DNA from: Stegostoma tigrinum
Taxonomy: Eukaryota
Direction of reading: 5' to 3'
NCBI RefSeq assembly: GCF_030684315.1
Contig: NC_081364.1
Location: 12,925,286 to 12,989,285 of the forward strand
DNA length: 64,000 nt
Below the pieces are notes generated by a model that was not told where the DNA came from, did not search any database, and saw nothing but the letters and a program-made list of their open reading frames with translations. The translations under genes and the position numbers were made by a program. The stretch's first letter is position 1; the number at the start of each line of letters is the position of its first letter. Of the stretch, positions 50,001 to 59,349 are shown piece after piece.

Positions 50001-52904
50001 ACCCCTGGACACTATGAGCAATTTAGCATGGCCAACCCACCTGGCCTGCACATCTTTGGACCGTGGGAGGAAACCGGAGCCACTGGCAGAAACCAAGCAG
50101 ATATGGGCAGCTGCTGAGGTTGGAACTGAACCCAAGTATCTGGCGCTGTGAGGCAGCAATGTTAACCACTGGGCCTCTTTTAGGCCCCAAATAGGAGTTC
50201 AATAGGTGAAGAAATTATGCTCAACACCACAGGCCTGACACTTTTATTTCCTCAACTAAAGGCCTTCAATCTGAAACATTAAATTGCTTTTCTCTCTGCA
50301 CAGAACCCTGCTCAGAATCAATGACATTGTATTTTTGTTTAAGATTTTCAGTAGCCTTAATACTTTGCAACCACCTTTCATTTTTCTCCTCTTCTCTTGT
50401 GAGTATTAACAGCCTGCAGGTACTTTGCCTGACTGCCTGTTTTTCAGGAAAGAAATCAGACTGAGTGCATTGGAAAACTGCTGGACTAGCAATAAGGTCG
50501 TTCACAGATGAGGTAAACCCTCTCGTTACCAATTTCTCCACACATATGTGTACTTTGTATCAGAAACAATTCTGGCTCATTTTTATCAACCCATAAAACC
50601 TGGTACTCTAGAACAGACCCAGTACTTGTATTACTGCATCTCCATTCTAATTTTTATAGCATGACCATTTGTTTTCAAAAAAGGTCACGCTAGCTTCACG
50701 CTCTTACACTACAGGCACTGCATGAAATCGGCATTTTCAAGGGGTTTTACTAATACGATTTGTCACAGTACCTTTATTCTGCACTGAGGACAGGTCCGAG
50801 ATGGAGCACTGTGAAACCACTGAGCAAGACTGTATGAGGCAATAAAAAAACAAAGATAGTGGATAATCCAGTAGCAAACAAACATGGTTTTAAGTTAAAA
50901 TGTTCCACTCTTGAATGTAATAAAATAATTCAATGCTTTCAGCACCTTGAGAAGCAATTAAATGGTTTCAGAGTACACCCTATTATGTAAAACAGTTTGA
51001 AGAGTATACTTGTTTCATTCTCTACTCAGTCCTTGACAAGAAAAGTTGGACAAATTGTAAAGATGCCTTATCATTGCAGTAGAGAGTAGTAAGGGAATGG
51101 AACGCTTTGCCTGCAACGGTAGTAGATTCGCCAGCTTTAAGTACATTTAAGTCGTCATTGGACAAGCATATGGACGTACATGGAATGGTGTAGGTTAGAT
51201 GGGCTTCAGATCAGTACGACAGGTCGGCACAACATCGAGCGCCGAAGGGCTTGTACTGTGCTGTAATGTTCTATGTATGTTCTAGATTTAAAACTTGAAA
51301 CGTCCTGAAGTACAGCTTCTCACTGCTCTCATCTTCATTTAAATTATAATTCAGTTTTCCACAATTTGAATTCATTCAATCACGCCAAACAATTCCAAAA
51401 CCACTTATTCTAATTCACAAGTTGTTAGGGTGCTTGGGCATGAATGGAATAAGGAACATTTTAGGGTCAGTTGATGCATAGGATTTGGTTAATCTTGAAT
51501 GTTGGAGAATACTGATATTATGGATAATTAACTGCCAGACATTTTTAATCTCACTTTTTCATAATTGATGGCTTATAAGTCATAATTGATTAATTCATAA
51601 TTGATAAATATCAACTCCAATTGAGTCGGGTTCTTTAAAGTGCAATGCAGCATCGATAAAAGCATCTGCTCAGGATACATATTATCTAATTTTCACTTTC
51701 ATCTGCTCCCTATGGGACATGCAACAACTGTGTCCAGGCAGTAATGTGCTCTTGGTCTCTGCTACTGCTTCTCAACCAATGCTTGGAACTGAACAGCAAT
51801 AATCGGGTCAACTCTGATTCTCCCACGTGAGGTGGCTACTGATCTTGGTGCCCTTCCCCTAGTGATTTACTTGTGATCAGAAACATCAGAGTTTTCAGAG
51901 AACCAAATTAACTCTTCCCCATTGCACTGTGCACTGGTGTACCAGTACAACGCAATATCACCTGGGTATGAACATAGAACCATCCCTCCCTATAGAGTTA
52001 TTTGTTTCATGATGCAACAATGAAAAATCCAGTGGCCATCTATGAAACTGGTCAGAAATGCAGGCAAAGGCAATAATGTGGAGCAGAATTACTTAAGAAC
52101 ACAAGAAGTGAGCAGGAGAAAAACATTTTGTGTTTTGAGCCCACATTTATTCATCAATAAAGTCATAGTTGATCTTTTACTTCAGCACTACTTTCCTGCA
52201 CTATCTCTTGAAATTTTTAATATGTAGAAATTTAGCCATCTCAGTCGAGCATATTCAACAACAAGTTTCCCCCACAAGCTCTGGGGGAAAGAGAACACTC
52301 ATGATTCCAAATATAGCACATAATCGCCCAACAGCCCATTCAGCCCAAGTGTCCTACGTAGATTGTTCCTCTGTTCACCTATACCATACTATTTAAGCAC
52401 TATTAGTGATACCATTGGTATTGCTCAAGAGAGTATAGGCTGAGCAAACAAGACGACCCAGTCTTGCTGTATTCATGGCTTGAAAAAGTCCATCAGCAAA
52501 ACAGCCAATTTACTGGTGAGCACTCAGAAGCTTAAAAAAAAACAATTGACGCTAGTCCCACAAACAGATTGTTAACCGGAAGTTTAATTCACTGCTTTGC
52601 ACATAAACAAGCCTTTTTAATAATAGAGATAGCTCTAGTCTTATCCACAATACAATCTCCATTATTTGGCTTGACAAGTTGTATCATTATATCCGTACCC
52701 TACAATCATTCCACTCATTTCAAGGACCAGTAATTGCAGGGCTTTGCCATTTTCAAACGGCTGTTTATCTCATTTGAAATTAGTTGCTTCTTTTTTCAGT
52801 ACTCACCACTCATTGTGAAACGTGTGCCCACAATAGATGGCTGCCACATCCCTGAAATTATCAAAGTAATCAGAACAAATTGTGCAGTGGGCACGGATTG
52901 GCAT
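16978..52904 (-). CDS. TRAIP: TRAF-interacting protein, RING E3 ubiquitin ligase; 15 coding exons, 454 aa
   Basis: Exons splice in frame with GT-AG boundaries: N-terminal RING (CTIC..CGHTFH..C..W..CPQC), coiled coil, VRTGFDGMGGRTKFIEP, C-terminal PIP box QHKLEDFL. Exon sizes 98/58/81/40/128/95/114/88/90/89/156/46/114/51/117 sum to 1365 nt. Confidence 0.96.
17095..17742 (-). other. U12-type (minor spliceosome) GT-AG intron
   Basis: 5'ss GTATCTTTT (one mismatch to GTATCCTTT); TTTTCTTTAAC branch-like motif ending 10 nt before the exon (..ttaacatgccttcag|). Confidence 0.75.
17743..17793 (-). CDS. TRAIP: TRAIP coding exon 14
   Basis: VRTGFDGMGGRTKFIEP, 51 nt. Confidence 0.95.
19082..19195 (-). 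CDS. TRAIP: TRAIP coding exon 13
   Basis: KMNNDEDDRILPAFLKNSMLFQKKRCGSFLIPQMNQGS; ag|..|gtaagt, 114 nt. Confidence 0.85.
22169..22214 (-). CDS. TRAIP: TRAIP coding exon 12
   Basis: (G)LPKLNQSTKSVDKSK; cag|..|gtgagc, 46 nt, restores phase 2->0. Confidence 0.8.
22896..23051 (-). CDS. TRAIP: TRAIP coding exon 11
   Basis: PAPVDLQYPKLHKPTVGEDIDLSVTYDFDTP..., 156 nt, donor gtaagt. Confidence 0.9.
23540..24105 (+). mobile_element. Old CR1 LINE 3' fragment
   Basis: LQYCVQ..RRFMRMLPG..FSYKERL peptide. Confidence 0.7.
24353..24441 (-). CDS. TRAIP: TRAIP coding exon 10
   Basis: NLKKKVEFLQKSLSTPNRTNEAISRLIFES, 89 nt. Confidence 0.93.
25180..25945 (-). mobile_element. CR1 LINE fragment
   Basis: Reverse complement of CR1 RT C-terminus (aatattccaaatgtggcct.., aactccatctgccat). 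Confidence 0.75.
26729..26818 (-). CDS. TRAIP: TRAIP coding exon 9
   Basis: LEKNVSQLEKMKEDLRASQEDLRNADREIT, 90 nt. Confidence 0.93.
27945..29265 (+). mobile_element. Penelope-like retroelement, 5'-truncated, with GIY-YIG endonuclease and hammerhead-bearing 3' end
   Basis: ORF 28165-28935 contains C..C..C then FTCTSANVVYCIHCTRCGFLYIGETKQRLGDRIAEH (GIY-YIG); ctgatgaagggtctaggcccgaaatgtc at 29138-29165. Confidence 0.88.
31160..31247 (-). CDS. TRAIP: TRAIP coding exon 8
   Basis: EYENLKGTYKSSVDMSEKLKKEHFVTSCK, 88 nt. Confidence 0.92.
31560..32405 (+). mobile_element. Old CR1 LINE fragment
   Basis: tctaaatttgcagatgacaccaaa (SKFADDTK RT motif). Confidence 0.7.
33520..34420 (-). mobile_element. 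CR1 LINE fragment
   Basis: ORF 33848-34231 LYKALVRPHLEYCEQVW. Confidence 0.85.
34554..34667 (-). CDS. TRAIP: TRAIP coding exon 7
   Basis: IQVLLQSQRPEVEEMIREIGIGQSAVEQLSIYCVSLKK, 114 nt. Confidence 0.95.
34927..35099. mobile_element. Short inverted-arm Penelope-derived element with intact hammerhead motif
   Basis: ctgaagaagggtctccacccgaaacgtc at 35006-35033; imperfect TSD tgcctccttatatg / tgccttcttatgtg. Confidence 0.7.
35800..36530 (-). mobile_element. CR1 LINE fragment
   Basis: EQKDLGVQMHRSLKVSAQVHRMVKKAY peptide. Confidence 0.75.
36866..38355 (-). mobile_element. Relatively young CR1 LINE 3' portion (RT, frameshifted)
   Basis: PGNYRPVSL, RSCLTNLIEFFEEVT, DFSKVFDKVPH, QGSVLGPLLF, FADDTK, RPHLEYCVQFW; ttctatgttcta tail. 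Confidence 0.92.
39911..40005 (-). CDS. TRAIP: TRAIP coding exon 6
   Basis: KQMRYLEQQQDDSRSSKEEARRLRQKLQTLE, 95 nt. Confidence 0.93.
40106..40233 (-). CDS. TRAIP: TRAIP coding exon 5
   Basis: KEKMDRQTIIDNLRDTLDERNARVESLNKELNETEMLCSTLK, 128 nt. Confidence 0.95.
40320..40660 (+). mobile_element. Degenerate Deu-domain SINE (SacSINE1-like)
   Basis: tRNA-like head (gggttcaaaatccactc) and Deu-core-like ggacataaaagttctgcggcactattcaaagag...gtgtcctgg. Confidence 0.5.
41215..43010 (+). mobile_element. CR1 LINE fragment nested in an older CR1 (about 40880-43600)
   Basis: RT motifs (tttgcagatgacactaaa; KLERVHKKCTRMLPGL); tail gactctatgactcta. Confidence 0.85.
45176..45215 (-). CDS. TRAIP: TRAIP coding exon 4
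   Basis: NELDRVKSQLLQK(E), 40 nt. Confidence 0.92.
46752..46832 (-). CDS. TRAIP: TRAIP coding exon 3
   Basis: VSAKHIINKLFFNIVENEQVLDAETLQ, 81 nt. Confidence 0.94.
47204..48610. repeat. Complex of three interleaved inverted-repeat pairs
   Basis: 47204-47391 vs 47697-47880; 47595-47692 vs 48090-48190; 47883-48090 vs 48407-48610. Confidence 0.85.
50772..50829 (-). CDS. TRAIP: TRAIP coding exon 2
   Basis: LAQWFHSAPSRTCPQCRIK, 58 nt. Confidence 0.95.
52807..52904 (-). CDS. TRAIP: TRAIP coding exon 1 (RING start)
   Basis: MPIRAHCTICSDYFDNFRDVAAIYCGHTFHNEC, donor gtgagt; UTR acceptor candidates at 52939 or 52983. Confidence 0.96.
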
Positions 52905-54519
52905 TCTCTCCTCCTTCTACATGAGCAGATCCATTAACCTGTATCCTTTATCACAACAGCAGCTGCTGTAGTCCTCCTTTGTCTTTTAAGAAAGAAAGTA
53001 AACATCAGTTTTATATTGACACCTGAAAGATTTGTTCACATGGACGTTCACACATTGAAACAATCTGCTGTACAATACAATTATTTTAGAGTGAATTCTT
53101 TTGTGTGCTCATATATGTGACTGTATACAGTATTTGGAAATAAGTGTCTGGACAACTGCACAATCGTGCTCACTGGGGAGGTTTCCAATCAAGCATATAG
53201 TATCAAACACGGATTTTCAAATTGGGATTATGCTATTGGAAATATATAAAAACAAATATTTTATGCCACAAATGCACTTAGGGAAAGCGCATACACTCTT
53301 TTAGAAGCTTGAGCAGAAGATTCCACAGGTCTCCAACAAGGAAACATTTGTACAAGCTCTTATCTAAGTGGCGGCATAGAAGGATCACTTACTAATGCAC
53401 TTACTAGAACAATCTGTCTTTGCTTCAACTAAAAAGTATCCTGCATTTGCAGTATTAAGTGACGATTCTGGGCCAATTCTTCAGGCTGGCATTCCCTCAA
53501 AGCTACATGACCAGCAGAGTATTTTGCATCCCTAGGGGCTTACCAAATTTTCTCTAAACTCATTCTCAGGCTAATGTCCTTCTGCATTTACACATCCACA
53601 TTCGATTTTTGTTTCCTTACTAGTCCCATTTATTACACCTCACTGGGGTAGCATGCTGGAAATCAAGCCCCACTATTTGCACAGTCATCACAAAGTTAAA
53701 GATTTTATTTAAAAAAACTATGCAAAACTGTCCAATTTACTGGTCTTTTAGGCTCAGGTTGACAGAAAGCATGGACCAGTTTTCTGTACTTAACAAAAAT
53801 GACTATTAATTACTACAGATAAATAATTATGAATTGTCAACATAGCTCTACAAGTTTAAACTGCGCTTACGTACAGTTCCGACCAAACACACACAAAAAA
53901 AGGTGTAATGGCTGGAAGGAAGTCTGGGAAGGTAGCTCAATGCTCCTATCTGTAGGGCTCACTGAAGTGATTCATTTGGCTTGTTCCTACTCATCGAAAT
54001 TTTTTTACCAAATTGCTTACAGAAGGCACACAGCGACTGGTTAACACTATAAAGTCTCTGACATATTGATGAAAAGGCACAGTTTACAGCAACTGATAAG
54101 GGGAAATACACTGTCCTTCTTCAGGCTCAAGGTGGTTTTTTTTTAAAACTACAGAGACCTTTTTTTGGAGATCCAATGGCTTCTGATCAAATATTCAGAC
54201 CTTTTCATTGAATTCATTCATGGGATATGGGCATCATTGGTCAGGTCAGCATTTATTACCCATCCCTAATTGCCCACATGGTAGTTAAGAATCAACAACA
54301 TTGCTGTGGGCCTAGAGTCACATGTAGGCCAGATCAGGTAAGGCTGGCAGATTTCCTTCCCTAAAGGACATTAGAGAACCAGATGTCTTTTTTTCTGACA
54401 ATTGAAAATGGTTTCATGGTCATCATTACACTATTAATTCCAAATTCTTTACTGAGTTCACATTCTACAATCTGCCATGGTGGGACTTGAACCTGTGTCC
54501 TCAGAACATTAGCTGGGTC

Positions 54520-54830
54520 TCTGCATTTGCTTTCTTAACTGCCAGCTGAACCTCTATGTTAACCTGAAAAGAATCCTGAACTAGGACTCCAAAGTCCCTT
54601 TGTGCTTCAGATTTCCAAATCCCCCTTCAGTTTGAAAATAGCTTACGCCTCAATTCTTCCTAAGTGCACAAACTCACACTTACGCAAATTGTATTCCAAC
54701 TGCTGTTTCTTTGCCCACTCTCCTATCTTGTCTAATTCATTCTGCAGCCTCCCTGCTTTCTTAACACTACCTATCCCTCCATCTATTTTTGAGTCAACAA
54801 ACATAGCAACGATACCCTCAGTTCCAGAAT
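54520..54830 (-). mobile_element. CR1 RT fragment
   Basis: LQNELDKIGEWAKKQQLEYN..KCEFVHLGR. Confidence 0.7.
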
Positions 54831-55084
54831 CTAAAACAACCCTGATTTTTAAAGTCCTTTTCCCTTTACACAATCAAAAATGCAGAAAAATAAAGATACG
54901 GCTTCTGTGTATGGCCATTCCCATGTGCACACCATCACCCCGCTTGCTTTTGAATCTTGTATGCCTATCACTTTTCTTGATATTAATTCCTTATTCCAGC
55001 ATTGCTTAAAACTTTTAAACCTCAGCTAAGTTCCAGTAATGATGAAAAGTTGAACGCACGAAGTGCTAACTCTCTTGTTCTTTA

Positions 55085-55572
55085 CAAGATAATGAGAGGC
55101 ATAGAGTTGATAGCCAGAGACTATTTCCCAGGGCAGAAATGGCTAACACGAGGGGTCATAGTTTTAAGCTGGTTGGAGGAAAGTATAGAGGGGACGTCAG
55201 AGGCGGGTTCTTTACACAGAGAGTTGTGAGAGCATGGAATGCGTTGCCAGCAGCAGTTGTGGAAGCAAGGTCATTGGGGACATTTAAGAGACTGCTGGAC
55301 ATGCATATGGTCACAGAAATTTGAGGGTGCATACATGAGGATCAATAGAAAGCGGGACATAACACCGGCGCTTCATCGGAGGCTCACTGATGATGTTACC
55401 TAGTATGGTGACGAAATGTCGGAAAACGAACCTTCCAGCTCAGCGAGCAAACTCACATCCAGAACCTCAACCTGAGCTACAAATCTTCTCAAAACTCGCT
55501 ATGCGGATCAATGGTCGGCACAACATCGTGGGCTGAAGGGCCTGTTCTGTGCTGTACTGTTCTATGTTCTAT
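55085..55572 (+). mobile_element. CR1 3' end with a nested 154-bp hammerhead-containing insertion (55347-55500)
   Basis: TRGHSFKLVGGKYRGDVRGGFFTQRVV..; tail tgttctatgttcta; insertion flanked by atgaggatcaat / atgcggatcaat. Confidence 0.8.
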
Positions 55573-56009
55573 CCTGACCTGCTGCATACTGCCAATAATA
55601 ATATATGATGGTGACAACAGGCTATACATATACATGATTACATTTTGGAATAATTTCTTTGGGGAGATATGGCTGGTGATTAAGCCACCAAATTATCAAT
55701 AGGATTTCAGACTCTGGTTTTAAAAAAAAATTGCAATAGAACTAATCCACAAACTGAAAACTGATGAAGGGAGAGGAGTTGTCCCTGACACTGAACATGG
55801 TGACTCTCCTGCACACAGCTTGGGGGCCCACAGTGACCTTCTACCGCCATTTCCGGATTAGAGCAGAGTAACCCTCAGGAGGCACAGAGACCCACTGTTC
55901 CCCAAATCTCATGGCATATGACCCTTAAGCACCCACCTCAGGGTCATAGCAACCTCCAACACTCACTCACCCAACCCCAGGAGCACAGCAACCATCGACC
56001 TCCAGGGGT

Positions 56010-56590
56010 CCACCCAAAGGGCACAGCGACCACCGACACCCCGCCCACAGGTCCACCCCAGGGGCACAGCGACCACCGACACCCCGCCCACAGGTCCACC
56101 CCAGGGGCACAGCGACCACCGACACCCCGCCCACAGGTCCACCCCAGGGGCACAGCGACCACCGACACCCCGCCCACAGGTCCACCCCAGGGGCACAGCG
56201 ACCACCGACACCCCGCCCACAGGTCCACCCCAGGGGCACAGCGACCACCGACACCCCGCCCACAGGTCCACCCCAGGGGCACAGCGACCACCGACACCCC
56301 GCCCACAGGTCCACCCCAGGGGCACAGCGACCACCGACACCCCGTCCACCCCAGGGGCACAGCGACCACCGACACCCCGCCCACAGGTCCACCCCAGGGG
56401 CACAGCGACCACCGACACCCCGCACACAGGTCCACCCCAGGGGCACAGCGACCACCGACACCCCGCACACAGGTCCACCCCAGGGGCACAGCGACCACCG
56501 ACACCCCGCACACAGGTCCACCCCAGGGGCACAGCGACCACCGACACCCCGCGCACAGGTCCACTCCAGGGGCAAAGTGACCACCGACCT
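56010..56590. repeat. GC-rich minisatellite, 43-bp unit, about 13 copies
   Basis: Unit ggggcacagcgaccaccgacaccccgcccacaggtccacccca (starts at 56061, 56104, ...). Confidence 0.95.
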
Positions 56591-56639
56591 CCACAGGGCA
56601 ATCCCAAGGCCCAGTGACCACCGACCCCCTCCCCCCAAT

Positions 56640-57160
56640 AAAACAGCTTAACCCCGGGGGCAAAGTGACCACTGACCCCCCAAAACAGCTCCATCCCGGG
56701 GGGCAAAGTGACCACTGACCCCCCAAAACAGCTCCATCCCGGGGGGCAAAGTGACCACTGACCCCCCAAAACAGCTCCATCCCGGGGGGCAAAGTGACCA
56801 CTGACCCCCCAAAACAGCTCCATCCCGGGGGGCAAAGTGACCACTGACCCCCCAAAACAGCTCCACCCCGGGGGCAAAGTGACCACCGACCCCCCCCAAA
56901 ACAGCTCCACCCCGGGGGCAAAGTGACCACTGACCCCCCAAAACAGCTCCACCCCGGGGGCAAAGTGACCACTGACCCCCCAAAACAGCTCCACCCCGGG
57001 GGCAAAGTGACCACCGACCCCCCAAAACAGCTCCATCCCGGGGGCAAAGTGACCACCGACCCCCCAAAACAGCTCCACCCCGGGGGCAAAGTGACCACTG
57101 ACCCCCCAAAACAGCTCCACCCCGGGGGCAAAGTGACCACCGACCCCCCAAAACAGGGGC
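56640..57160. repeat. GC-rich minisatellite, 42-43-bp unit, about 12 copies
   Basis: Unit aaaacagctcca(t/c)cccggggg(g)caaagtgaccac(t/c)gacccccc. Confidence 0.95.
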
Positions 57161-57314
57161 ACAGCGCCCACCCTGTCACCACCCCGTTCGGGCCCTGTAA
57201 CAACCCACACGAAATCCCCCTCACGTATTTATTTTATTTTATTTTATTTTACTTCACCACCTCCCCCGGCCCCATTCTCCCTCTCTCACACATATTTATC
57301 TTACATTACTTCAC

Positions 57315-57395
57315 CTTCTCCGGCGCCGTTTAGTTTGAAAATCTCCTTCACTTCCGCCTGGAACACACGCAACATCCGTTGACGTCACCGCGAGG
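57315..57395 (-). promoter_or_regulatory. Probable TRAIP promoter and short non-coding exon 1
   Basis: CpG-rich; CRE TGACGTCA 57380-57387, ETS CGGAAGTG 57349-57356, CHR-like TTTGAA 57334-57339, ggcgcc, and donor gaag|gtgaag at 57314. Confidence 0.65.
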
Positions 57396-58299
57396 CCTTT
57401 AGGGTTTAATTCATCCCCAACGCCCCACAGACTGTTCCCCTGGGAATGTGGGATAATGCGGGGATTTACTATGGGAATTAGTCGGGGAATGTTGAATCAA
57501 TGAGAATGTGGGATAATGGGAAATGTGGGGCTTAGTGTGGGAATAGTGCAGGAATATGACAGTAATGGAAAAGTGTGGGGCTACCATGGGAATGTGAAGT
57601 TAATGGGGAATATAGCAATATTCTGGGTGTAATGAAGAAATCTTGATATCATGTTAGAATGGGGGATTATGGGGCAAAGGGGGGATTATGCGACTAATTA
57701 TGTGGAATGGTTGTTTTAGGAATGAGAATTTGGGGGTAATGTTAGAAGAGTGATAATTGGGAGCTTAGAAAATAGGGATAATATAGAAATGGGGTTTGGG
57801 GTAATGAGATCTGGGAAGGGAGATTGATGGCAAAGGATTCGGTTGGTGGAAGGGTGTTATTTGGAAATGGTAGGCAGTGGGTACGGAGAGTGCATCTATT
57901 AGGGGTAAGTGGTAGGGAGGGGAAATATGGTTGACCAATAGCAGCTGGGAACAATGATGAAGGAATGAAGTGTATGACCTATAGGAGGCAGGTAAATGCT
58001 AGGTAAGAAACTGAGGGAATGAGGTAACAGCAGTGCCAAGGATGGTGGGAGAATTGTTAGCAAAAAGAATGATTAGGCTTGCACTGCATGTGGCCTGAGT
58101 TTTAGGGAAACAGGAATGGAGATTTGAAGGTTTAGATGAATTTGGGGGGGGGAGAGAAAGAAGGGGATTGGAGTGGGTTGAATAGGAAGGTGAAATAAAT
58201 GGACAAGGGATACATTGGGAGTGGTTTTAGGGAGATGCAGAGGGAAAGAGTGCGCAGTGTAATAACATATTAAGAATAGTTCTTTGATAGTTTGAGAGA

Positions 58300-58685
58300 G
58301 CTGGGGCTTTTTAGAACGACGAAGGATAAGAGGTGACTTGATAGAGGTGTACAAAATGATCAGTGGTACAGGTAGAGTGGATAGCCAGAGACTTTTTCCT
58401 AGGGTGGAGGTAGCTATTATGAAGGAGCATAGTTTTAAAGTGAGTGGAGCTAGATATAGGGGAGATGTCAGAGAATGGTAGGGGCGTGGAATGCATTGCC
58501 GGAAAGGTAGTGGAGTCGGCCTCATTAGGGGCATTTAAGCGGCTATTAGATAGGCATGGGGTGATAGTATAAGGTAGGGGTGGAGGTTGGATAGACCTTA
58601 GGTTTAGGGTGAAAGTTCAGCACAACATTGTGGGCTCAGGGGCCTGTACTGTAGATTTCTGTGTTGTATGTTCTATGTTCTATGG
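58300..58685 (+). mobile_element. CR1 3' fragment
   Basis: gaggtgacttgatagaggtgtacaaaatg...; tail tatgttctatgttcta. Confidence 0.8.
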
Positions 58686-59349
58686 AAACTGCTCTGCCGT
58701 TTAATAAGTTCATGACTGATATTCTACTTCACCACTTTTGCACTCTATCTCCATTTTCCTCGATTCACTTTGGAGGGAAGTACCAGCAAACGTTTCCACT
58801 CTTGAAGCCAGTCATCAGGAGATTTGGAAGGAATTGCAGGCTGACAGTGTTATTAATGCATAAATCCCGGTGTACAGTTTGAACCTAAAGTATCTGGCTT
58901 AGAGGTAGATTCAAATACCACTGCTCCACAATACCACCTAGTTGCTTCCTTAGGTAGGGAAACAGAATGTTTGCACACTCCAGCTTTGGCCTCCTCAATG
59001 TCTTAAATAATTGAAGAATGATTTCTTGATTTGTAAACCACAAACCCCTTGAAAATAAACGTCAGTGTATCATTTGTCTACCTAGTGGTTCATGTACAAG
59101 GGCATCCAAATGCCTCTGAATCCCAGCATTTTTTAAAAATTTGACCTTTTTAATCAATCTGTTTGCAGATGTTATTACACACTTCTGGAGCAGAGAGCAC
59201 TTGAACTCAGTTCTCTTAGTCCAAGGGTAGGGACACTACTACTGTGCCACAAGAGGGTCCCAAAAACAGTGGGAGAGTTTATGTCAAAATTATATAGGGA
59301 GTGGAGGGAAAGGGAAAAAAAGAATCTGGAGAGAATCACAAAAATATGG

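Noticed and set aside
52941-52949. Perfect U12 5' splice site GTATCCTTT on the plus strand
   Set aside because: Antisense to TRAIP, with no supported plus-strand exon; probably chance.
56010-57160. CRISPR-like periodic repeats
   Set aside because: Head-to-tail units with no unique spacers, no cas genes, eukaryotic context.
55918-57333. Long ORFs (up to 426 aa) on both strands
   Set aside because: They are translations of stop-free GC-rich minisatellites.
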